Part shown: positions 8,629 through 16,583 of the stretch, one piece after another
Numbering within the stretch: the stretch's first letter is position 1
How the letters are laid out: each line of letters begins with the position of its first letter
NCBI GenBank assembly: GCA_001742785.1
Contig: MCBF01000001.1
Span: 147,335-182,136 of the forward strand
Length of the DNA: 34,802 bases
Reading direction: 5' to 3'
DNA from: Candidatus Altiarchaeales archaeon IMC4
Lineage (GTDB): Archaea; Altiarchaeota; Altiarchaeia; IMC4
Program-made: the position numbers and the translations under genes
The notes under the pieces: generated by a model
What the model saw: only the letters and a program-made list of their open reading frames with translations
Databases searched by the model: none
Told to the model about the DNA's origin: nothing

Positions 8629-11600
8629 ATGGCGATAGTAAGGAAAAAGGTCAGGGAGATTGAATTTGCTCTGTTTTCACCAAAGCAGATAAGGGCATTG
8701 TCTGCGGGAAAAATATTCACGCCGGACACTTATGACGATGACGGCTACCCGATAGAGGGCGGCCTTATGGACCCGCATCTCGGGGTAATCGACCCGGGGA
8801 TAAGGTGCCGCACCTGCGGGGGGAGGCTCGGGGAATGCATGGGGCACTTCGGCCACATCGAGCTTACGCGGCCGGTTGTGCACGTCGGCTACGCAAAGGA
8901 GATATACAGCCTCCTGCGTGCAACCTGCAAGGGCTGCGGAAGGCTTCTTGTAACGGAAGATACGCTGCAGGGCTATGACGCGGCGAACCTGAACTCCGAA
9001 AAGTTTAACGAAATACTGGAGAAGGCCGAGAAGGTTTCGGATTCTTCGGGCAGGTGCCCTCACTGCGGGCAGCAGCAGCAGAAAATAAAGTTCGTCAGGC
9101 CGTATTCTTATCACGAGGGGGACGACACGCTTCTTGTGACCGACATACTGGAGCGCTTTGAAAAGATAAGCGAAGAAGACCTGATGTACGTCGGTTTCAA
9201 CACGAGGCCAGAGTGGATGATCATGAGCGCGATACCGGTCCTTCCGATAGTTACAAGGCCGTCGATAACCCTTGAGTCAAGCGACAGGAGCGAGGACGAC
9301 CTCACTCACAAACTCGTCGATATACTCAGGATAAACCAGCGCCTTGAGGAGAACATAAACTCCGGCGCGCCGCAGTTGATAATAGAGGACCTTTGGGACC
9401 TCCTTCAGTATCACGTTGCCACCTACTTTGACAACGGCATAACCGGCATCCCACCCGCAAGGCACCGCTCGGGCAGGCCGCTTAAGACCATAGCGCAAAG
9501 GCTTAAAGGCAAAGAGGGCAGGTTCAGGAACAACCTTTCAGGAAAGCGTGTTAACTTCTCGGCAAGAACTGTCATAAGCCCGGACCCGAACATAAGCATA
9601 AACGAGGTCGGGGTCCCGGAGGTCATAGCCGTCGAGCTCACCGTCCCGGAAGAGGCAAACAAGGATAACATAGATTCCCTGAAAGGGATGGTAAAAAACG
9701 GGCCCGGTAAGTTCCCGGGCGCACACAGCGTCATAAAAGAGGGCAAGCGGCGCAGGATCCTGGAGGAAACGAAGGACGAGGTCGCAGAAACCCTTGCAGT
9801 AGGGGACGTCGTCGAGCGCCACCTTTGCGACGGCGACATTGTCATATTCAACAGGCAGCCATCCTTGCACAGGATGTCGATGATGTGCCACACCGTAAGG
9901 GTTCTGCCGTATTCCACATTCAGGTTGAACACCGCAGTCTGCGCCCCGTATAACGCGGACTTCGACGGCGATGAGATGAACCTGCACGTCCCGCAGTCCG
10001 AGGAAGCCAAGGCCGAGGCGGAAATACTGATGAAGGTGCAGGAGAACATAATCTCCCCGCGGTTCGGTGAGCCCGTGATGGGCGGCCGCCACGACCACGT
10101 AACAGGGATGTACCTTCTTACCAAAGACGGCAGGATTTTAAGCCGCAGGGAAGCGCTCCAGCTGACCAGGAACATCGTGAACCTGCCGAAAAAGGACACG
10201 TACACCGGGAGGGATATATTTAGTGCGCTTCTGCCGAATGACCTGACTATGTCCTTTGAAGGAAAGATGGGCCCGGTGGTTATAGAAAAAGGGCAGGTCA
10301 AGTCCGGCGTTATAGCTGCAAAGGGCATGGCAGGAGAACTACTGAACGAGATATTCCTCAAGTACGGCTCGGACGCGGCAAGGCAGTACATCGACAAATC
10401 CACACGTCTTGCGATAAACTCATTCATGAAGTACGGTTTCTCAACCGGAATAGACGAAAACGACCTGAAAAAAGACGGAATAAAGGAGATCACGGATGTC
10501 CTTGATGCCGCGGAGAAGGAGGTCGACAAGCTGGTCGAACAGCACCACAAGAAAACCATGAAGGTCGTCCCCGGGAAAACATTGGACGAAAGCCTTGAGG
10601 ATTACGCCCTTATGACGCTTGGAAAAGCGAGAATGGACTCCGGAAAGATAGCCGCACGGCGCATCGGCGAGAACAGCGCGGTGATAATGGCAAAAGCGGG
10701 GGCCCGCGGAAGCCTTCTGAACCTTACCCAAATGGTCGGGTCGATCGGGCAGCAGGCGGTCAGGGGCAAGCGTATAAAGCGCGGCTACCACAACAGGACG
10801 CTGTCAAGTTTCAAGAAACACGATGTGAGCGCAAGGGCAAACGGTTTCGTCAGGTCAAGTTTCAAGAAGGGGCAGACCCCGCAGGAATACTTCTTCCACG
10901 CGATGGGCGGGAGGGAAAGCCTTGTGGATACTGCGATAAGGACGGGGCGCAGCGGTTATATGCAAAGGAGGCTCATAAACGCACTTCAGGACCTTAAGGT
11001 ATACCCCGACGAAACGGTTCGCGGGGACGGGAAGATATTGGTGCAATTCAGGTACGGGGAGGACGGAATAGACCCTGCGAAGACCGGATATATCAAAGGC
11101 GGCAGGAAGGATTACGAGAAGGCTAGGGTTGTCCCCGGAGAGGCCGTCGGAACCGTTGCTGCGCAGTCAATAGGTGAACCCGGGACACAGATGACCTTGA
11201 GGACGTTCCACTACGCGGGTGTCGTCGAGTTGAGCGTTCCGCTGGGTCTGCCGCGGCTTATAGAGATAATAGATGCCAAGCGCTCGCCGAGCAACCCGAT
11301 GATGACCATATACCTCGACAAGGAGCACATGCACGATGAAAAGAAGGCTTCCGAGCTTGCAGAAAAACTCGATGAGAAGTTCATGGAGGATGTCTGCGAA
11401 AGCACCGTCGACGCGAACAAAAAAGAGATCATAATAAAAACAAAGGACAAGGCGGCGCAGGAGGCCCTGAAGGAAATCTCCGAGGCAAGGGCGGCCAACA
11501 CGTTCGTCGTATCGGGGGAGTCGCTTCCTGAAATCAAAAGGACGCTTGGAAAGCTTATGAAGAAGAAGGTGTCCGGCGTAAAGGACATAAAAAGGACGTT

Positions 11601-12078
11601 CGTAAGGGAGCTTAACGGGGAGACCGTAATCTACACTGAGGGCTCAAACCTGAAGGCAGTATTAAAGATTAAGGGCGTTGATACCGTGCGGACGACGACA
11701 AATGACCTCTACCAGATATATGAAACGCTCGGCATAGAGGCGGTAAGAAGCGCCGTCATAAACGAGGCATCGAAGGTCCTCAAGGAAGAAAGGCTGGATG
11801 TTGACATAAGGCACATGATGCTTGTCGCAGACCAAATGACGGTTACCGGGGAGCTTCAGGCGGTCGGAAGGCACGGAATAAGCGGCTCGAAGGAGTCGAT
11901 GCTTGCAAGGGCCGCTTTCGAGGAAACCGAAAAGCACATACTCAATGCCGCTGTTACCGGAGAGGTGGACATGCTCGACGGCGTTGCAGAGAACATAATC
12001 ATAGGGCAGTCTGTCCCCGTAGGGACGGGCACCATTGACCTAGGGGTAAAACCCGGCATTATCGGCAAGGGAAAGTAA
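8629..12078 (+). CDS. rpoA: DNA-directed RNA polymerase largest subunit, with A' and A'' (Rpo1N plus Rpo1C) fused in one ORF
   Basis: Start chosen at MAIVRKKVREIEF, because the longer 8506 ORF begins inside a repeat element. The A' part has CRTCGGRLGECMGHFGH and YNADFDGDEMNLH. The A'' part (VVPGEAVGTVAAQSIGEPGTQMTLRTFHYAG...LGLPRLIEIIDAKR) follows in the same frame with no stop. Confidence 0.9.
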   Translation: MAIVRKKVREIEFALFSPKQIRALSAGKIFTPDTYDDDGYPIEGGLMDPHLGVIDPGIRCRTCGGRLGECMGHFGHIELTRPVVHVGYAKEIYSLLRATCKGCGRLLVTEDTLQGYDAANLNSEKFNEILEKAEKVSDSSGRCPHCGQQQQKIKFVRPYSYHEGDDTLLVTDILERFEKISEEDLMYVGFNTRPEWMIMSAIPVLPIVTRPSITLESSDRSEDDLTHKLVDILRINQRLEENINSGAPQLIIEDLWDLLQYHVATYFDNGITGIPPARHRSGRPLKTIAQRLKGKEGRFRNNLSGKRVNFSARTVISPDPNISINEVGVPEVIAVELTVPEEANKDNIDSLKGMVKNGPGKFPGAHSVIKEGKRRRILEETKDEVAETLAVGDVVERHLCDGDIVIFNRQPSLHRMSMMCHTVRVLPYSTFRLNTAVCAPYNADFDGDEMNLHVPQSEEAKAEAEILMKVQENIISPRFGEPVMGGRHDHVTGMYLLTKDGRILSRREALQLTRNIVNLPKKDTYTGRDIFSALLPNDLTMSFEGKMGPVVIEKGQVKSGVIAAKGMAGELLNEIFLKYGSDAARQYIDKSTRLAINSFMKYGFSTGIDENDLKKDGIKEITDVLDAAEKEVDKLVEQHHKKTMKVVPGKTLDESLEDYALMTLGKARMDSGKIAARRIGENSAVIMAKAGARGSLLNLTQMVGSIGQQAVRGKRIKRGYHNRTLSSFKKHDVSARANGFVRSSFKKGQTPQEYFFHAMGGRESLVDTAIRTGRSGYMQRRLINALQDLKVYPDETVRGDGKILVQFRYGEDGIDPAKTGYIKGGRKDYEKARVVPGEAVGTVAAQSIGEPGTQMTLRTFHYAGVVELSVPLGLPRLIEIIDAKRSPSNPMMTIYLDKEHMHDEKKASELAEKLDEKFMEDVCESTVDANKKEIIIKTKDKAAQEALKEISEARAANTFVVSGESLPEIKRTLGKLMKKKVSGVKDIKRTFVRELNGETVIYTEGSNLKAVLKIKGVDTVRTTTNDLYQIYETLGIEAVRSAVINEASKVLKEERLDVDIRHMMLVADQMTVTGELQAVGRHGISGSKESMLARAAFEETEKHILNAAVTGEVDMLDGVAENIIIGQSVPVGTGTIDLGVKPGIIGKGK

Positions 12079-12090
12079 CCGACTTAAAAA

Positions 12091-12393
12091 ATGAAAACAC
12101 TCAAAAGGGAATTAGCGAACGCACAGAAGAGCGGAAACGTGGTAACCGGTTCGAAAAATACGATATTATCTTTATTAACGGGAAATCCCAAGTTGATAAT
12201 ATTGAGTAACAATTGCAAGGTTGTTATAAAAGAAACAATCACCTATTACTCGAGGTTATCTGGCACTCATTGCCACGTGATTGAAGGCGACAGCATAGAA
12301 CTTGGTTCTGCTTGCGGCAAACCGTTTCCGGTGTCTGCCATTGCAGTCATGGACGAGGGCGAGTCAAATATCCTTGACTTTGCCAAAGGGTGA
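12091..12393 (+). CDS. rpl30e: 50S ribosomal protein L30e
   Basis: 100 aa (...GSKNTILSLLTGNPKLIILSNNC...IELGSACGKPFPVSAIAV). It sits in the canonical position between rpoA and nusA. Confidence 0.9.
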   Translation: MKTLKRELANAQKSGNVVTGSKNTILSLLTGNPKLIILSNNCKVVIKETITYYSRLSGTHCHVIEGDSIELGSACGKPFPVSAIAVMDEGESNILDFAKG

Positions 12394-12427
12394 ATTCGCG
12401 GTGGACGGGATAAGGATCGGCGCGAAC

Positions 12428-12490
12428 GAGACAAGAAATTTGCGGGGCAAATTTGTGTCGCGTATGAGGTATCAGATACCTCATACCGCG
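12428..12490 (-). repeat. Probable degenerate copy F of the same element (minus orientation), overlapping the nusA start
   Basis: Minus strand: [ATGAGGTAT ctg ATACCTCAT] ACGCGACAC [AAATTTG ccccg CAAATTT] CTTGTCTC. Compare the consensus HP1-GGGACACC-HP2-GCTTGTC. Confidence 0.45.
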
Positions 12491-12883
12491 ATAAAGCATA
12501 TCACACTGTTCGAGTCCATAACCGGTGCGATGGCGCGCGATTGTGTCGAGGATAACGAATCGGTCGCCTTTGTTGTCGAGCCCGGGGACATGGGGCTTGC
12601 GATAGGCAAGGGCGGTTCAAACATCCAGAGGGCGCAGCGGTCACTTGGCAGGGGGGTGTGGGTGATCGAGCATTCGAAAAATCAGGCGGATTTCGTAAGG
12701 AACATCTTCGGGCCCGCTAGGGTAAAGAACATAAAGGCTATGGATGATAAGACAGTGGTCGTCGAAATCAAACGTGGCGAACGAAGAGGAATGTTTGGCA
12801 GGAATCCAAAAAGGATTGCAATCGCAAAAAGCCTTGTAAAGAGGCACCATGGGGTCGAGGATATAATAATAAAAACGATATAA
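12464..12883 (+). CDS. nusA: Archaeal NusA-like transcription termination/antitermination protein (two KH domains)
   Basis: [27 protein letters not shown]...[19 protein letters not shown]. The ORF-track start at 12302 would overlap L30e by 92 nt. ATG 12464 gives the usual length of about 140 aa. Alternative starts GTG 12401, TTG 12440 and GTG 12455 cannot be excluded. Confidence 0.8.
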   Translation: MRYQIPHTAIKHITLFESITGAMARDCVEDNESVAFVVEPGDMGLAIGKGGSNIQRAQRSLGRGVWVIEHSKNQADFVRNIFGPARVKNIKAMDDKTVVVEIKRGERRGMFGRNPKRIAIAKSLVKRHHGVEDIIIKTI

Positions 12884-12905
12884 CTTAAACTCATCAAACT
12901 CAAAA

Positions 12906-13334
12906 ATGGCAAGGGGAGAATTTTCGGGCAAAAAGCTTGAGGACCACCGGCATCAGGCAAGGTGGAAGAAAAGCGACTACTGCAGGAGGGTGCTTGGGCT
13001 GAAGCAAAAGCACGACCCGTTAGAGGGGGCTCCGCAGGCAAGGGCCATTGTGCTTGAGAAGGTCGGCATAGAGGCGAAGCAGCCGAATTCCGCGATAAGA
13101 AAGTGCGTAAAGGTTCAGCTCATGAAGAACGGCAGGCAGGCGACCGCTTTCTGTCCGGGCAATCACGCAATCACTTTCATAGAGGAGCACGACGAGGTAG
13201 TTATAGAGGGCATCGGCGGCCGAAAGGGGCGGTCGATGGGGGACCTTTCTGGCATAAGATACAAAGTAATAATGGTAAATGGCATCTCGCTGAACGAACT
13301 GTGGCACGGACGGAAGGAGAGGGCACAGAGATAA
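12906..13334 (+). CDS. rps12: 30S ribosomal protein S12 (uS12)
   Basis: 142 aa with [28 protein letters not shown]. Confidence 0.95.
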   Translation: MARGEFSGKKLEDHRHQARWKKSDYCRRVLGLKQKHDPLEGAPQARAIVLEKVGIEAKQPNSAIRKCVKVQLMKNGRQATAFCPGNHAITFIEEHDEVVIEGIGGRKGRSMGDLSGIRYKVIMVNGISLNELWHGRKERAQR

Positions 13335-13335
13335 A

Positions 13336-13722
13336 ATGACTGACATAATAAACGACACGATTGTGAACCTGAAAAACCATGAGCGCAAGGGGAAATCGCA
13401 GTGCACGATTAAGCCGGTTTCCAAGCTGCTGATTGAGGTTTTAGGGGTATTCCAAAAAGAGGGCTACATCGGCCAGTTTGAGGTGTCTGAGGACAAAACC
13501 GGAGGCAGCGTGCGTGTTAATCTTGTAAAGAGGATAAACGAGTGCGGCATCATCAAGCCGCGCTACTCTGTAAGCCACACTGAATTCGACACCTTGGAGA
13601 AGAGATTCCTGCCGGCGAAGGATTTCGGGACGATCGTTGTAACGACGCCCAAAGGGGTTATGAGCCACAAGGACGCAAAAAAGAAGAACCTCGGCGGCAA
13701 GTTAATAGCATACGTTTACTGA
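13336..13722 (+). CDS. rps8: 30S ribosomal protein S8 (uS8)
   Basis: 128 aa with a C-terminal ...KKKNLGGKLIAYVY. The ATG is 1 nt after the S12 stop. Confidence 0.92.
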   Translation: MTDIINDTIVNLKNHERKGKSQCTIKPVSKLLIEVLGVFQKEGYIGQFEVSEDKTGGSVRVNLVKRINECGIIKPRYSVSHTEFDTLEKRFLPAKDFGTIVVTTPKGVMSHKDAKKKNLGGKLIAYVY

Positions 13723-13724
13723 AC

Positions 13725-14255
13725 ATGGACGCTTCACTTGACATTCCGGAGGGCATCGGCGTTGAAGTCGATAAAAATCTGGTGAAGGTAAAGGGCCCGA
13801 AGGGCGAAGTGGAAAGACGCTTCGGTGCAAATGTAAAAATATCGAAAAAGGACAATGAGATAATCTTGTCCGTCGGATCAAGCAAGCGAAAGGAAGCCGC
13901 GTGCCTTGGTTCGGTGGCCGCCCACATAAAAAACATGATGGGGGGCGTGGCTCGTGGCGTAAATTACAAATTAAAAATATTATACTCGCACTTCCCGATG
14001 ACTGTTAAGGTCCATGGAGATGAGGTCCTGATAGACAACTTCTTGGGGGAAAAATACCCGCGGAAGTCAAGGATACTGCCCGGCGTTAAGGTCGGGATAA
14101 AGGGGCAGGACATCACGGTTGACGGAATAGACAAGGAGGCCGTCGCGCAGACCGCCGCAAACATAGAGTACGCGACAAAGATAAGGGGCCGCGACCCGCG
14201 CGTGTTCCAGGACGGGATATACCTGACCGAAAAAGACGGCAAGCATTTGAAATAA
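13725..14255 (+). CDS. rpl6: 50S ribosomal protein L6 (uL6)
   Basis: 176 aa (...VKVKGPKGEVERRF...LKILYSHFPMTVKV...IRGRDPRVFQDGIY). Confidence 0.92.
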   Translation: MDASLDIPEGIGVEVDKNLVKVKGPKGEVERRFGANVKISKKDNEIILSVGSSKRKEAACLGSVAAHIKNMMGGVARGVNYKLKILYSHFPMTVKVHGDEVLIDNFLGEKYPRKSRILPGVKVGIKGQDITVDGIDKEAVAQTAANIEYATKIRGRDPRVFQDGIYLTEKDGKHLK

Positions 14256-14268
14256 TTTCAAATATAGC

Positions 14269-15492
14269 ATGGCTAAATCAAAATCAGACAAGGTTATGGA
14301 AAAGAAGGGGGTCCTGACTGCCAAGAGGGCGAAGGCCGCCGAGGATTCCAAAAAGAAAGGTATCGGGGTGAAAGAGGAAGCCGCCCATGAGGAACCCTCC
14401 GAAGAAAAAGTAAAACCGATAACCGAAAAGAAAAAGGCCAAAAAAACTTCCGAGGAAGCCGCAAAGGCACCAAAGCCCGTGGAAGCCCCTGAAGAAAAGG
14501 TCGTTGAAAGGATAATAAAAACAAGAAAGGAAAAGCCCGTCGAGAAGATAAAATTCTTCGGTGTAAAGAGGAAACTGTCGCAGGGCATTGCCCGCGTTTT
14601 CAAGATCGCGAAGGTTGCAAAGAAAAAGAAGCCGAAGTTCAACCGGCAGGAGCTCCACAGGTACAAGAAGCTCAAGGATGTGTGGAGGACGCCGAGGGGC
14701 ATCGACAGCAAGCTTGCGCGGGACAAGCGCGGCAAGGGCGCAAGGCCTAAAATCGGGTATAAAAACCCGCCGGCGGTCTCGGGGCTTGACCCGTCAGGAT
14801 TTCTGCCAATAACCATAAATAACGTTAAAGAGTTGGCAAAGGTCGACAAATCCGTCAATGCGATAGTAATAGCGGGCAGTGTCGGCAGGAAAAAGCGAAA
14901 CGACATCATAAAGGCCGCAAACGAGAAAAAGATCATCATACTTAACCCCAGAAAGGGCGAGCTTCCCGGGCAGGGCGCAAAAAGGGTGCTGATGGTCATT
15001 GCGCCGAAAAACTTCAGGGACGAGGAGTTGATAACCCCGAAAGAGGTGTTCGAATCCGCGGGTTTTAACGTCATGATAGCAGGGGTCTCAAAAACCAAGG
15101 CGGTCGGTGCGGGCAGCACTGCCGTTATACCGGATGTTGCGATAAAGGATGCAAAAGCCGAGGATTACGATGCTGTCGTTTTTATCGGAGGCCCGGGTGC
15201 AAAGGAGCACCTGTGGGACAACAAGGATGCACATGCCCTTGCAAAGGGCGGCGCAAAGGCAAAGGCGCTTGGCTCGATATGCCTCGCGGGCGTTGTGCTT
15301 GCCAGAAGCGGCGTGCTGAAAGGCAGGGAAGCGACGGTGTTCGAATCGGAGGAAACAATAAAGGAGTTTGAGTCGGCCGGGGCAGAGTACGTCAAAAAGC
15401 CGGTGGTCGTTTCGGGTAACATCATAACCGCAAACGGGCCTGAAGCGGCAAAGGCGTTCGGGGCAAAAATCGTCGATATCGTGAACAAATAA
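14269..15492 (+). CDS. rpl32e: Ribosomal protein L32e with a K/E/A-rich N-terminal extension, fused in frame to a C-terminal DJ-1/PfpI-family domain
   Basis: 407-aa uninterrupted ORF. The L32e core is KKKKPKFNRQELHRYKKLKDVWRTPRGIDSKLARDKRGKGARPKIGYKNP...GRKKRNDIIKAANEKKIIILNP. From about nt 14980 it reads KRVLMVIAPKNFRDEEL...DAVVFIGGPGA...LGSICLAGVVLARSGVLKGREAT...VVVSGNIITANGPEAA. This aligns by eye to PH1704/PfpI-like proteins, with the nucleophile-elbow Cys at 15280-15282. Confidence 0.8.
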   Translation: MAKSKSDKVMEKKGVLTAKRAKAAEDSKKKGIGVKEEAAHEEPSEEKVKPITEKKKAKKTSEEAAKAPKPVEAPEEKVVERIIKTRKEKPVEKIKFFGVKRKLSQGIARVFKIAKVAKKKKPKFNRQELHRYKKLKDVWRTPRGIDSKLARDKRGKGARPKIGYKNPPAVSGLDPSGFLPITINNVKELAKVDKSVNAIVIAGSVGRKKRNDIIKAANEKKIIILNPRKGELPGQGAKRVLMVIAPKNFRDEELITPKEVFESAGFNVMIAGVSKTKAVGAGSTAVIPDVAIKDAKAEDYDAVVFIGGPGAKEHLWDNKDAHALAKGGAKAKALGSICLAGVVLARSGVLKGREATVFESEETIKEFESAGAEYVKKPVVVSGNIITANGPEAAKAFGAKIVDIVNK

Positions 15493-15493
15493 A

Positions 15494-15931
15494 ATGAACC
15501 TCAGAAACCAAAGAAGGATGGCTGCCAAGGTATTGAATGTCGGGGAGAATAAGGTAAAGATCAGCCCTGATTCCCTTGATGAGGTTTCGCAGGCGATAAC
15601 CCGCGACGACATAAGGCACTTCATAAACAACGGTATAATCACTGCAGCCCCTGAAAAGGGTAACAGCAAGGCAAGGCACGCACTTTACGCTGAACAAAAA
15701 AAGAAGGGCAGGCACCGCGGACACGGAAGCCGCACCGGCTCGAAAAAGGCAAGGACCCAGGGGAAGCGCTCATGGATCCAGAAGGTAAGGGCGCTCAGGG
15801 ACGAACTCAAAAACATGAAGAACTCCAAGACATTGGGGAAGATTTCATATCGCAAGCTTTACAGGCAGGTCGCAGGCAACATGTTCCACTCCAGAAGGCA
15901 CCTGCGCGAACATATAGAGAGGCAAAAATAG
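15494..15931 (+). CDS. rpl19e: 50S ribosomal protein L19e
   Basis: 145 aa (MNLRNQRRMAAKVLNVGENKVKI...GRHRGHGSRTGSKKAR). Confidence 0.93.
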   Translation: MNLRNQRRMAAKVLNVGENKVKISPDSLDEVSQAITRDDIRHFINNGIITAAPEKGNSKARHALYAEQKKKGRHRGHGSRTGSKKARTQGKRSWIQKVRALRDELKNMKNSKTLGKISYRKLYRQVAGNMFHSRRHLREHIERQK

Positions 15932-15957
15932 GGACATCAAGATTCAATAGAATGCTC

Positions 15958-16027
15958 GAAATTGCAGAGCAATTTCGGCACACCGAATCACAAAGTGATT
16001 CGCGTGTCTCGTGGCTTTGAGAGTCAC
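15958..16027 (+). repeat. Hairpin-rich palindromic element, copy C
   Basis: HP1 GAAATTGC-aga-GCAATTTC (15958-15976). GGCACACC. HP2 GAATCAC-aaa-GTGATTC (15985-16001). GCGTGTC. HP3 GTGGCT-ttgag-AGTCAC (16011-16027). Confidence 0.8.
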
Positions 16028-16036
16028 AATTTCAAA

Positions 16037-16582
16037 ATGGCAACCGGCGCTACATACGTGGTCCAGTACAGGCGGAAAAGAAGTCAGGAAACGGATTACA
16101 GAGACAGGCTTGACCTTCTTAAATCCGGAAAGCCAAGGCTGGTTATAAGGCCGTCAAACAAGCACATAGTCGTTCAGGTCATTGGTTACAAGCCGAACGG
16201 CGACATGGTGCTCGCGTCTGCAAAATCGTCAGACCTCGTCGGGTTCGGATGGAAATACGCAAAATCGAATATACCTGCCGCGTACCTCACGGGGCTCTTG
16301 TGCGGAAAGCGCGCAACCGATGCGAAGGTGAAGGACGCTGTCATGGACATAGGGCTTTGCCGCTCGGTAAAGGGGTCAAGAATATACGCCGCGCTGAAGG
16401 GCGTGGTTGATTCGGGGCTTGAGGTTGCGCACGACGAGAAGATATTCCCGGACGAGTCCAGGATATCCGGGCAGCACACAAAGGCGGCAAAAGAGATGTC
16501 TGCAAACGCAAAGGGGGTCGCTGATGCGATAAAAAATAAAGTAGCGCCCAAAACAATAAAAGAGGTAAAACCCAAAAAATAA
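16037..16582 (+). CDS. rpl18: 50S ribosomal protein L18 (uL18 / L5e)
   Basis: MATGATYVVQYRRKRSQETDYRDRLDLLKSGKPRLVIRPSNKHIVVQV... The ORF-track start at 15962 lies inside a repeat element, so ATG 16037 is preferred. Confidence 0.9.
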   Translation: MATGATYVVQYRRKRSQETDYRDRLDLLKSGKPRLVIRPSNKHIVVQVIGYKPNGDMVLASAKSSDLVGFGWKYAKSNIPAAYLTGLLCGKRATDAKVKDAVMDIGLCRSVKGSRIYAALKGVVDSGLEVAHDEKIFPDESRISGQHTKAAKEMSANAKGVADAIKNKVAPKTIKEVKPKK

Positions 16583-16583
16583 A

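Noticed and set aside
9423-10559. 378-aa minus-strand ORF inside rpoA, plus 9538..10098 and other antisense ORFs in rpoB and rpoA
   Set aside because: These are antisense to unambiguous RNA polymerase coding sequence. Their products are serine/leucine-rich with no recognisable domain.
12302-12463. Long nusA ORF start overlapping L30e by 92 nt
   Set aside because: The extension has no NusA-like sequence, overlaps a well-supported gene, and crosses the repeat element. ATG 12464 gives the normal archaeal NusA length.
14067-15119. 350-aa ORF on the minus strand, opposite the L32e-DJ-1 gene
   Set aside because: It is a shadow ORF of a K/E/A-rich coding region, since AAG/GAA codons read antisense as CTT/TTC. 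The product is low-complexity F/S/L-rich with no motifs, while the plus-strand product has clear L32e and DJ-1 homology.
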